DNA of 64,000 bases from an uncultured Gammaproteobacteria bacterium (GTDB taxonomy: Bacteria; Patescibacteriota; Microgenomatia; JALYQM01), in assembly GCA_964403585.1 (NCBI GenBank), contig CAYOFQ010000001.1, positions 76,456-140,455 of the forward strand, written 5' to 3'. The position numbers were made by a program, and so were the translations under genes. Below the pieces are notes generated by a model. The model saw only the letters and a list, made by a program, of their open reading frames with translations. It searched no databases and was not told the origin of the DNA. Numbering within the stretch: position 1 is the stretch's first letter; each line of letters starts with the position of its first letter. Shown in pieces: positions 19,650 to 28,386 of this stretch.

Positions 19650-19743
19650 CAAAGTAATAAATAAGAATTCAAAAGAAAACAAAGTACATCAATATTTAAT
19701 ATTTCAGCTTGACTAATGTATATGTTTGTAATATACATAAGAT

Positions 19744-20037
19744 ATGGTGATTCTACCCGAAATGCTCACATTCGATTGGGATGAAGGAAATAGAGAAAAA
19801 AACCAAATAAGTCATGGAATAATGTGGATAGACGCAGAGGAAGTATTCTTTAATAGACCACTAATGATTCATTCTGACGAGGGCCATTCAAAAGTTGAAG
19901 CACGTTACCAGGCACTTGGAAGGACCAATAAAGATCGAAAAGTATTTGTTGTATTTACAATAAGAAAAAACAAAATACGAATAATTTCTATCCGAGACAT
20001 GAATAAAAAAGAAAAGGCGGCCTATGAACAAAATTAA
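19744..20037 (+). CDS. brnT: BrnT-family type II toxin (DUF497 RNase)
   Basis: The stretch FDWDEGNREKNQ.HGI...EEVF...HSKVEARYQALGRT...VFVVFTIRKNKIRIISIRDMNKKE fits the BrnT pattern. The gene overlaps the antitoxin by 14 nt. Confidence 0.8.
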   Translation: MVILPEMLTFDWDEGNREKNQISHGIMWIDAEEVFFNRPLMIHSDEGHSKVEARYQALGRTNKDRKVFVVFTIRKNKIRIISIRDMNKKEKAAYEQN

Positions 20038-20344
20038 AAAGATACCAGCATTCAAATCAGAAGATGAAGAGCGAAAATTCTGGGATACACACGATTCTAC
20101 CGAATATGTGGACTGGAGCCGGGCTGAAGAAACAGTGTTCCCGAATCTACAGCCATCCACCCAAACCATATCTCTCCGACTACCCGAATCATTACTTGCA
20201 CGCATCAAAAACGAGGCAAATAAAAAAGATATTCCATACCAATCCTTAATGAAAATATATTTGAGTAAGGCCGTCGAAGAAGATCAAAGCTTACCACTTG
20301 CATCATACGGTATAATAAGAGACAAGGCGAAAAAGGGCCGCTAG
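20024..20344 (+). CDS. brnA: BrnA-family antitoxin (CopG/RHH-like)
   Basis: KFWDTHDSTEYVDW...ISLRLPESLLARIKNEANKKDIPYQSLMKIYL is the typical BrnA C-terminal RHH. Confidence 0.8.
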   Translation: MNKIKKIPAFKSEDEERKFWDTHDSTEYVDWSRAEETVFPNLQPSTQTISLRLPESLLARIKNEANKKDIPYQSLMKIYLSKAVEEDQSLPLASYGIIRDKAKKGR

Positions 20345-20407
20345 CTCATTTGGTAGAGCGCCTCCATGGCATGGAGGAGGTGAGGGGTTCGAGCCCCCTG
20401 CGGTCCA
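20335..20407 (+). tRNA. tRNA-Ala (anticodon GGC)
   Basis: A cloverleaf with acceptor stem gggccgc/gcggtcc includes the G3:U70 Ala identity pair. D arm gctc...gagc. Anticodon stem cctcc/ggagg with loop atGGCat. T arm agggg-ttcgagc-cccct. Discriminator A; CCA is not encoded. The 5' end overlaps the brnA stop codon. Confidence 0.85.
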
Positions 20408-20423
20408 CTAAACTGCTACAAGT

Positions 20424-22817
20424 TTGATGGCAAAGTTAGAAGTTGAAAAAATACCAATTCGCACCGAACCGGCCAGCGCTGAATATCTTCGGCGTATCCT
20501 CAGCTCGGGATTCGAAGGCCGGCGTGAACGTAAAAGATATGCCGACCAGGTCGTCTCTTACGCTACTACGGAAACAGTCACCGTTCAAGATACGCTCCAG
20601 GGCGTCTATTTAGGATATTATTTTATCGCTAACGGCGAAGCAGATATCGGCAGGCAAATTCTTGACCAAATTGAAGAGTATTTAAATCCCACGCTTCCTC
20701 CCGGAGGCGAAGGAAAGTTACGCGTAGTTCACAAATTTCTCCGGGGATACCACACCACCGCGCAGCAAGCCAGTGAATATATCGATCAATCAATAAAAGC
20801 AATAACTATCCTAGGGAAAAGAGATCGGCGCGAGACCAGTTTTCCGGGAATTGAAGAACTGATTGACCAGGCCTCTAAGGGTGCGTATCAAATGCGGCGG
20901 ATGGAAAATCCTGAAGCCATGCCCTTAACCACCTTGATACCGGAACGAGTTCGGGTCGTTCAAAAATCCGAAGAACCGTTAATCATTTTCAATAAACGTA
21001 TTCTGAGCCTGTCTGCCGATCTTGCCAACTCTGACGAGCTTGCTATTCTTGCCGGTATCCCGGATGAAGCCATGGAAGCAATCAGGAATATTGGACTGCC
21101 AGCAGATACCATTCTGCCAAATGCCTTACACGATAGATATAGCGGACTAACCTTTGCAGAAATAATCAGCCGTACAGATGTCTCTAATCTTGAAATACTA
21201 AAGTACATTGCCGCACTCCCCAAAGGTGATGTCATCTATGAATACATAGCTCAAACTGTTTTCTTTACTAACGTTATGTTTCCTGCCGATCGCAGTGTCG
21301 ACGAAGTCTTGGAGGATACCGAGTTCACGAAAAGAATAGTCAATTTCCAGCAATGGCTCATCAATAAATTATTCCTGCCCGTGTTCGAGCCGGACAAACT
21401 GGATCGCGAATTTGACCAGGCATTTATCGGGTTAATGCAGGGGAAATTTATCGGAACACAGTTTCAGATTGCTAATACGTTATTCGGAGCTGCTCTCTAT
21501 AATACTCAAACCCTGCTCAGACTTTACCCGGAATTAAGCATTGTCGATGTCATCGGCAGGCAGGAACTGCTAGCTGCACTGATGAAGCAAGCCGAAGCCC
21601 AAACCGCTGGAATACCGAGCATTTATACACACCAACTCATGCTCGATTTCTTTGATTCCCACTACCGGGATATCGCTGCAAGCTTTAATTCCAGATTTAA
21701 AAATACCAGATTTGTCCAAACACTATTATTCTCGGTAGCAGCTGCCCAGGAAGATCAATTTAAACAATCTTCCGAAGAATCAGTAGTAGATGAAATTATT
21801 ACCCAACTTGGACCGGAGTTTATTCGAGTCCTTAAAGATAGAGAAGTCCAGTTCCAGGAGACCATTGCAGATATCTGGAACGGCGTCAAAGAAACCGGAG
21901 TTGAAGTGGCATATTATCTGTATCCGGGTTCTTCATACGAAAAAATATTTGATCCGGATTCGGCGCTGGGTATTTTGGGATTTTCCGGAATCGAATTTAT
22001 TGCAGACACTGCCAACAATCGCCATATCCACTTTATCTTAAATTCCAAAAATAATAATCTCGCGCTGGTTGGAATTTTTGATGCCGAAACCGGTCTTGTT
22101 ATTCAATTGGGCGAAGAATTTTTCAAACACACGGAAATCAGTACATTCATACATTTAATTGCGACAACCTATTACAACGACTTTGTTAGCGAACGTCGTG
22201 AAGAACGTCAGGCAGTCATATCTGGACCGCGCAGATCAACTAAGGAACGTCAGAGTGGCACAACAGAAGCGACTGCAACCGATGAAGGTCAGTTGGAAAT
22301 TACGTTGGAAAAAGATTTGCCGCGTACTCATCGACCGCGCTATCGCCGTGAACCGCTTCCGGAAGGAGTAGTTGAACATCCGGCCGAACAGATCCAAGCA
22401 ACCGGACAAACTGAAAGACGCAGAATACTGTATCAGGAGCGCGAACAAAAAAGAGTTCCGCTTGGTCGAGCCGGAGCATACAGGGAAGCACTACAAGCAT
22501 ATTTGTTGGACCAATCGGAAACAAACCGTGAAGCCTTGCGCATTGCGCGGGAGAGGATCTATCAAATCAGCACGGACAAACGCGACAACGCCCCTCCACG
22601 CTTCAACGGCAACCTGGAAGTAGTTATCGATCCGGTAAACGGTGATGAAATATTTTTGGAAACCTGGCGGGTCAAACACACCATTCCCAAACTTACCGAA
22701 GAAGAACAGGCAGATATTCGTATCTTATACCGAAACCGCTTTAAAGGGACCGGGCATACTGCCAAACTGCTCGACGAACTAATAGGCCTGGTAATGGATG
22801 ATACGAAAAGGGAATAG
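20424..22817 (+). CDS. Hypothetical protein, 797 aa
   Basis: A long ORF with host-like codon usage and no motif I recognise. It lies directly downstream of the tRNA-Ala. Confidence 0.55.
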   Translation: MMAKLEVEKIPIRTEPASAEYLRRILSSGFEGRRERKRYADQVVSYATTETVTVQDTLQGVYLGYYFIANGEADIGRQILDQIEEYLNPTLPPGGEGKLRVVHKFLRGYHTTAQQASEYIDQSIKAITILGKRDRRETSFPGIEELIDQASKGAYQMRRMENPEAMPLTTLIPERVRVVQKSEEPLIIFNKRILSLSADLANSDELAILAGIPDEAMEAIRNIGLPADTILPNALHDRYSGLTFAEIISRTDVSNLEILKYIAALPKGDVIYEYIAQTVFFTNVMFPADRSVDEVLEDTEFTKRIVNFQQWLINKLFLPVFEPDKLDREFDQAFIGLMQGKFIGTQFQIANTLFGAALYNTQTLLRLYPELSIVDVIGRQELLAALMKQAEAQTAGIPSIYTHQLMLDFFDSHYRDIAASFNSRFKNTRFVQTLLFSVAAAQEDQFKQSSEESVVDEIITQLGPEFIRVLKDREVQFQETIADIWNGVKETGVEVAYYLYPGSSYEKIFDPDSALGILGFSGIEFIADTANNRHIHFILNSKNNNLALVGIFDAETGLVIQLGEEFFKHTEISTFIHLIATTYYNDFVSERREERQAVISGPRRSTKERQSGTTEATATDEGQLEITLEKDLPRTHRPRYRREPLPEGVVEHPAEQIQATGQTERRRILYQEREQKRVPLGRAGAYREALQAYLLDQSETNREALRIARERIYQISTDKRDNAPPRFNGNLEVVIDPVNGDEIFLETWRVKHTIPKLTEEEQADIRILYRNRFKGTGHTAKLLDELIGLVMDDTKRE

Positions 22818-22940
22818 GAAGGTGCACGAATTGTCCATTTTAAACTGAATAGTATGCTCAACGCATCTAGCAGTATAAAACTTACGAGTGCTATGCACCT
22901 TCCTTAAATGGTACGGGGCGGAGGAGAGGACCTAGTGGAA

Positions 22941-23237
22941 CTAGGTAAGTTGGAAGTAAGCCTGTATTGCACCTAATCCCAAATTCAGTACCAGAAACGC
23001 GAGGAATGACAAGGCGGTGGCGAGAATGAAAACGATGACCTTTAGCGGCCACCGGATAATCCATGTTAACCTTGGCCCTCCGGTCGCTTTGGCAGCCCGA
23101 TATCCGGCATACAGTGACGCCATGAATTCAAGCAGCCAAATCAGAAACCACGGGTCCCGCAGATTCGGTGCGTGTATCACACCATTTCTCCTTGTCCTCA
23201 CTCCGACCCCGATACTTATGCATGTATGTAAATGCAC
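22941..23237 (-). CDS. Putative small membrane protein (start uncertain)
   Basis: A minus-strand ORF of intermediate GC with two hydrophobic segments (WFLIWLLEF; IVFILATALSFLAFLVLNLGLGAI). The real start may be the internal Met (MASLYAGY...). Confidence 0.3.
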   Translation of the reverse strand: MHLHTCISIGVGVRTRRNGVIHAPNLRDPWFLIWLLEFMASLYAGYRAAKATGGPRLTWIIRWPLKVIVFILATALSFLAFLVLNLGLGAIQAYFQLT

Positions 23238-23520
23238 AAATATCAGAGTCTGAAAAAGAACAACACGAACATTTTAAAGATCGGATAAATAAGGAATAGT
23301 ATAAACAATTATACCATCAATAATTAAACAAAATTATATATTTTAAAAAGGAGATTTGGACAACAAGAGAGACAACAGCAAGGCAGTATACCAGAAAAGC
23401 AGAGAATATTCAACCTATAGTAACAGAAGAATAACAATATGGATAGAATAATTAAGAATTCTAGAAGGATTAAATAAGCTTAAATTTATAGATATTTCAA
23501 AAAATAAATAACCTATAGTA

Positions 23521-23549
23521 TTGACAAATAAGACAAAATATGGTATAGT
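23521..23549 (+). promoter_or_regulatory. Sigma70-type promoter with extended -10 (island unit 1)
   Basis: ttgaca at 23521-23526, a 17-nt spacer ending in tgg, and tatagt at 23544-23549. It is preceded by aaataacctatagtatt. Confidence 0.55.
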
Positions 23550-23952
23550 AGGCCCACTCTCCAACTCATTTTGAGCTCATTAACATCACAGTAGGGAGTC
23601 TACTGATCGGGAAAAGGTCACAAAATGAGGTTAAAATTAGCGCTCTGCGTTAGCTTTTGACACCATTCCAGCCCTTTATCGCGGTTAGTTTCTCCCTGCT
23701 AATACTCACAATTATGTGAGAGACAAATATGAATACCTTTGCCAACTTTATCTGGATGCAGACAAAGTGAGCTTGGACGGTTACTATTGTTGTTCTAATC
23801 ATTTAGAACCCTCTAAAGTTATCGCCTGAGCTCAACTTGTCTGCATTCAGAATGTAAGAAGGGGATGGTGTTTCGAACACCCGTATGCAGAATCCCTATC
23901 CGCCGCCCTCAACCGTTGTTGTTCAAACCGCTAAGTTGAAAGGAAACCGACA

Positions 23953-25011
23953 ATGGCACGCCAAATCATCATCGAGCTCTGGAATGGGACGAAAATCAAG
24001 CTGGAGCCAAAGGGCGATTTGAAGATGGAGGTGCAGTTTCCCTCGCCGATGTACCAATTGCTCCGGCCACTGGCCGAGATCACGATCATCGACGAGATCG
24101 ATCTGACCCCGCCCGTCACGCCCGAGAAGCCCGCGCCGACCCCCACCGCGACCAACACGCCGGACGAGACCGACACCGCGCTTCGCCGAAACTCGCGGCT
24201 GCAGGCCATTGCGACCCACGCCATCGGCGTGCTGGTCGGCTTGATCATCGGCCTGTTGCTCGCCGGTTTCATCTACCGCGACCACATCCACCCCGAGACC
24301 TTCCTGCAGCATGTGCATATGGAGCAGTGGCTTGCCACTCGCTACAGCGCCACGCTGCATGCCGTTTCGGACAAGCAGGTCGAGGTCGACAACGCCAACA
24401 TCCGCGCCGGCGCTCTCGAGACCGACAAGTTGTGGCTGCAGCAGCAGCTCGACGCCGAGCAGACCGCCAACATGAAGCTGATCGACGCGCTCACTATCGC
24501 TGCCGCCGGCACGGGCAACACCTACAACACCTACAACAACCTGCCCGGCTACCAGCAGCAGTATGACCCCACCAGCGGCCAGCTGACCTACAACGGGCCG
24601 AACAACGACTCGTTGCGTATTCTTGGTGACATGCTGGACTCGCTGAACCTCAACGGCAATGGCGCCAACTCCCAGAACTCGGCCGCGGCCATCAACAACT
24701 CGATCTGGCTGGGGAGCTACGACAGTGGTGCCTGGAACTACGCCGGCATTGGCGAGATCCGCGTGCTGAGCACACCCGCCAACGGCGCGCCCGGCTATTT
24801 CACCTACGAGTTGCCCGTCGCCAGCGACAGCCAGGCGGTTCACTATCTCAACCCTAACGCGCTCCGCGACGCGCAGACCAACCAGCCCGTCACGGTGCCC
24901 GGCCGCTACAAGGTCGTCAACCGCAGCCTCTACACCGGCGCGGCCACTGATGGCGAAGCCACGCAATTGGACAACGTCAGCCAGCTGTGGCTCGAGTACA
25001 TCGGCCAGTAG
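23953..25011 (+). CDS. GC-rich island ORF a: bitopic membrane protein with PT-rich linker and Q/N/G-rich C-terminal domain
   Basis: ATG with AAGGAAA 8 nt upstream. Third codon positions are strongly G/C-biased, which fits + strand coding. One TM (AIGVLVGLIIGLLLAGFIY). The long minus-strand ORF 23923-25164 is the usual GC-rich antisense artefact. Confidence 0.6.
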   Translation: MARQIIIELWNGTKIKLEPKGDLKMEVQFPSPMYQLLRPLAEITIIDEIDLTPPVTPEKPAPTPTATNTPDETDTALRRNSRLQAIATHAIGVLVGLIIGLLLAGFIYRDHIHPETFLQHVHMEQWLATRYSATLHAVSDKQVEVDNANIRAGALETDKLWLQQQLDAEQTANMKLIDALTIAAAGTGNTYNTYNNLPGYQQQYDPTSGQLTYNGPNNDSLRILGDMLDSLNLNGNGANSQNSAAAINNSIWLGSYDSGAWNYAGIGEIRVLSTPANGAPGYFTYELPVASDSQAVHYLNPNALRDAQTNQPVTVPGRYKVVNRSLYTGAATDGEATQLDNVSQLWLEYIGQ

Positions 25012-25253
25012 GCCTTTCTTTTTTCTCTCACAACGCCATGCCTTAGTGCATGTCGCCGCCTGTGCCTTAGGGTACGGCGTTGTGAGTTTGACATATACCG
25101 TCGAGCAGAGAGAATTTGGCCGACGGGGGTCAGAGGAGTGCCGAAGGCACGAAGCGGTGCGCATGCATCATTTCGTTCACCTACAGCACTCCTCGTCAAC
25201 CACCCCCGCCGGCCTTTTCTCGTTTTAAAGGTAAAAATTAATATCCTATAATA

Positions 25254-25282
25254 TTGCCAAATAGTACAAAAAGTGATACAAT
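25254..25282 (+). promoter_or_regulatory. Sigma70-type promoter (island unit 2)
   Basis: ttgcca at 25254-25259, a 17-nt spacer, and tacaat at 25277-25282. It is preceded by atcctataatatt. Confidence 0.5.
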
Positions 25283-25606
25283 TCCCCCGCAAACGCGTCA
25301 ACGATCCAAGTTCCTTAAAATCGGGTAGTGGAGAAGCGTGAGGATTGGATTCTTCGGCTAAAGTCCGTGCTTAAGCATGGATAGAATCTGAAACAATCGA
25401 ATCTCTCTAAATTCTCTACTACCGCCAATAGTAATTTCCAATCCTGACTTCCATTATCCCTATCAGAAGATACAGATAGTTATTTATAGATATCTTTTGA
25501 TACGGATAATGGAATACAAAGGAAAACTAATGAAACAAGCTCAGGCACCGTAGACGGCCGTTTGTTTAGATCGCTGAAACTGAAAGAAAGCAAAGGAGAA
25601 ACAACT

Positions 25607-26365
25607 GTGAATGATCCAACTCCAATCGAGCAGGCCCGACAACTAATCGGCGAACAACGCTACGACGAGGCACTGCAAATCCTGCGTGAACTAACCGAGG
25701 CCGAGCCTACCAACGTGGAGGCCTGGCTGCTTTCGGCTCAAGTTCTCGCCGAACCATCGACGAAGAAGTACTGCTACAAGAAAGTGCTCGAGATCGACCC
25801 GACCAACGAGACCGCGCTCAAAGGCCTGCAGGCCCTGCCTCCGGACGAAGCCGAGGTCGTATTCGATGGCCAACCGGCCCTTGATTCAAGAGGCCGCGTC
25901 CCCGGCCGTGTTGGTGAGACTGATCAGGTTCTGAGCGATGTGTACGCCGATGCTGGTGTCGCCACAGGGCAAGGTGCTCCAAGGCGCCGTCGGCTTCGCT
26001 GGCTTATCCCAGCAGTTCTTGTGCTGCTCCTGCTAGTAGTTCTGGCGCTCGCCCTTGGCAGCCGCTCCGGCACACCGCCTGCAGCGTCACCTACGCCACC
26101 ACCCGCCACCGCCCAGCCGCAGGCAACCGCGCCCGCACAACCGACCGCCGCGACCGAATCGACGGCTGCACCAGAGCCGACGGCCCCGCCGCCGACCAAC
26201 GCACCGCAGCCTACCGCTGTGCCGACTTCCGCCCCGACCACCGCGCCGACTAGCCCGCCACCCACCGCCGCGCCCACAAACTCCGGCGCCCTGCGCCCGG
26301 GCGACACGGTCATTTCGACCGCGACGCCAGCTACCAGGCCAGGCGTTCTGCGCCCCGGCGGCTAG
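25607..26365 (+). CDS. GC-rich island ORF b: TPR-like N-domain, TM helix, Pro/Ala/Thr-rich region ending in LRPG repeats
   Basis: The probable start is GTG at 25607, with AAAGGAG 7 nt upstream; the ORF track extends it to 25562. One TM (WLIPAVLVLLLLVVLALALG). The C-terminus is ...GALRPGDTVISTATPATRPGVLRPGG*. Confidence 0.55.
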   Translation: MNDPTPIEQARQLIGEQRYDEALQILRELTEAEPTNVEAWLLSAQVLAEPSTKKYCYKKVLEIDPTNETALKGLQALPPDEAEVVFDGQPALDSRGRVPGRVGETDQVLSDVYADAGVATGQGAPRRRRLRWLIPAVLVLLLLVVLALALGSRSGTPPAASPTPPPATAQPQATAPAQPTAATESTAAPEPTAPPPTNAPQPTAVPTSAPTTAPTSPPPTAAPTNSGALRPGDTVISTATPATRPGVLRPGG

Positions 26366-26593
26366 CGCTTCGGACACTCATGGTGTGATCACACCATCTG
26401 CCAGGAGTGGTTTTGGATCCTCCAAGATAAACCCGGTGTGGGGTTTGTCTTTAGTGGAAATTACTACGAACCGTACGCCTCTATGGCGGCATCATCAGCA
26501 AGCACGCCTTCAGCAATGAGGGAAAGTGAGTGTAAAAGATGTAGGTTCAGGCGGTAGTAGTTTTCAGTAAATAACCTATAATATTTATTTAAA

Positions 26594-26621
26594 GGTTGAT
26601 AATTACTTAAAATCTGGTATA
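26594..26621 (+). promoter_or_regulatory. Sigma70-type promoter with extended -10 (island unit 3)
   Basis: ttgata at 26594-26599, a 16-nt spacer ending in tgg, and tataat at 26616-26621. It is preceded by aaataacctataatatt. Confidence 0.5.
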
Positions 26622-27094
26622 ATTGCAGGGCAATATTTAGTCCTATAGTACTGTTACTACAAATGTGAATATGAACTATTCGTATTCAGACTTGTACTAA
26701 TAAGTACGGCACTTTAAAAACTGCATAGACAGTAGTGGGAAACGATGGGGATTGGACACGACCTCAGTCAACCATGCATAATTGTGTGCATTCGCGCCTG
26801 ATGAAACGGTCAAGTCTCCGTGTTTTTCCCACTACCCTTAATTGAAAAAGAAGTTCTTCCAAATAAACTATCCAATAATCCTATGAGGTGTTAAGCATAA
26901 ATTTAGCACTTGATAGGATTATTGTGATAGCAAAGCAAGGAGGATTATCTGATCACCTGCACGAGCCGCAAGGCGACGATGCAGAAAGCGGAGAGAGACC
27001 GCCCGAAGAACTGTGAGCGCAAGCTTACAGAGATGGTGGAAACCCATCACGAAACATACGTCGATCATCAGTTGTACAACTAGGAGAAGTAACA

Positions 27095-28171
27095 GTGAAA
27101 CGCTTACCAAACCTGCGGTACCTTTTGAGCATCGCGATGCTCGTGCTGGCCGCCCTCGCCGCCGCCCCGGCCGCCGCCGCGCCCGCCACCTGTGCCAAAC
27201 CGATCAACGGCAAGGGCGAAATTCACGGCAAGACCTATCAGTCGGACTGCATCAACGACACCACCGACCCGTTCGACCTAGCGGTCAGCGGCAATTTCGG
27301 CAAGGCCGATACTGTGTTGCTCCAGCTCCGCTCACCAAGCCAGCTGAGCTTCCAGCTCGACCCCAAAGACCCGGCAGCCATTGCCGTAGTGCCGAACGCC
27401 TGGTCGGATCCCATCATGTGGGACAAGTCGTATAACGACCACGCCATCCGCATCCTGCCGTACGGCGCCGTCGAGATTTCGGCGACGTCGACGCTGGCTC
27501 TGTGGTACATCACCCGCCAACCCGCTCAGGTCGTCGCACAGCCGACACCCACCAACACCGCCGGCCAGCTCGTGGCCCAGTCGCAGGTAGAGAACCAAAC
27601 CATCGATATCGCCGACGCGACCGCGCTGGCGAAGATCAAGCTGCACGATGGAGATGAGCTGGAGTGGAGCTTCGCAAAGTCGGCTACGCCGATCACGCTG
27701 ACGCTCTCGTCGGACAAGCCCTCGTACCCATTCTCGCTGATCCACGCCTCGAGCGGCACCGCCCAGTTTCAGTCGAAGATCTGGAGCAAGTCGAAAGGCC
27801 ACGAGATTCGCACGCAGGTGCCATCTGACCACGGCACTTTGAACAGCGGCCCTGCTGTGATCTCGATTTCCGTGGAGGCACCCGCCGGCACCACCGACCA
27901 GCTGAATCTGAAGATCACCCGCGCCGCGCAGCCCGCTACCTCCGCTGGCTCGAACGCCACGGTGCCAAACGGCGACTTGCCAAACACCGGCTGGGCCGAC
28001 TTGGGCGGCTTGATGCAGCTCGGCGACTCCGCTACCAACCAGACCACCGGCATGAACGCTTTCATCACCTTCCCCCTCAGCGCTACCCAGCGCTGGGTCG
28101 TCGGTGGCCTCGCCGCCTTGCTCGCCATCGGCCTCTTGGCCCGCCGCCGGCGCGCCTCCAAGGCACGCTAG
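27095..28171 (+). CDS. GC-rich island ORF c: secreted surface protein with LPNTG motif and C-terminal TM plus Arg-rich tail
   Basis: GTG start with AGGAG 8 nt upstream. Signal peptide. The C-terminal region has DLPNTG, then about 38 aa, then the hydrophobic stretch VVGGLAALLAIGLLA and RRRRASKAR. This is a sortase-signal-like layout with an atypically long gap. Confidence 0.6.
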   Translation: MKRLPNLRYLLSIAMLVLAALAAAPAAAAPATCAKPINGKGEIHGKTYQSDCINDTTDPFDLAVSGNFGKADTVLLQLRSPSQLSFQLDPKDPAAIAVVPNAWSDPIMWDKSYNDHAIRILPYGAVEISATSTLALWYITRQPAQVVAQPTPTNTAGQLVAQSQVENQTIDIADATALAKIKLHDGDELEWSFAKSATPITLTLSSDKPSYPFSLIHASSGTAQFQSKIWSKSKGHEIRTQVPSDHGTLNSGPAVISISVEAPAGTTDQLNLKITRAAQPATSAGSNATVPNGDLPNTGWADLGGLMQLGDSATNQTTGMNAFITFPLSATQRWVVGGLAALLAIGLLARRRRASKAR

Positions 28172-28185
28172 CACATCGGCCCTTC

Positions 28186-28260
28186 GGGGGAGAGCGCGCA
28201 TCATGCGCCGCGCGCTCTCCTCTCGGAGAACAGGACTTTCTTTTTCTATTTTTGTTTTTG
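28186..28260 (+). terminator. Strong GC-rich rho-independent terminator closing the GC-rich block
   Basis: ggagagcgcgc...gcgcgctctcc hairpin followed by a T-rich run (ctttctttttctatttttgtttttg). Confidence 0.6.
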
Positions 28261-28386
28261 TCTCGCTTCGCCTAGCCGGTGAAGAAATTGCCAGTGATGG
28301 TGATGTGAGATGAAGATAAAGAAAGAAAAGGGTAGTGGGTTCTGTTGAAAATCGGAGTAATGTACTCGGGTTTTGAATAGAATCTT

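Noticed and set aside
22819-22905. 10-bp inverted repeat ggaaggtgca...tgcaccttcc with a 67-nt loop after the 797-aa gene, as a terminator or ncRNA
   Set aside because: There is no T-tract, and the large loop makes a terminator call weak. It is left unannotated.
23923-25164. 413-aa ORF on the minus strand, the longest ORF in the GC-rich block
   Set aside because: It is antisense to the + strand ORF 23953-25011. That + strand ORF has a proper RBS and a strong G/C third-position bias. Long antisense ORFs are expected in GC-rich DNA because stop codons are AT-rich.
27332-28204. 290-aa minus-strand ORF, with 24327-24566, 26055-26519, 25924-26313 and 26087-26377 as similar cases
   Set aside because: These are Arg/Gly/Ala-rich translations antisense to, or out of frame with, GC-rich genes. 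They are typical GC-rich artefacts with no start context.
23240-28260. Chimeric assembly or contamination as the explanation for the GC-rich block
   Set aside because: AT-rich and GC-rich segments alternate four times within 5 kb. The AT-rich segments carry conserved promoter/leader elements, and one GC-rich protein shares a peptide repeat with an AT-rich downstream gene. Read-level validation is still advisable.
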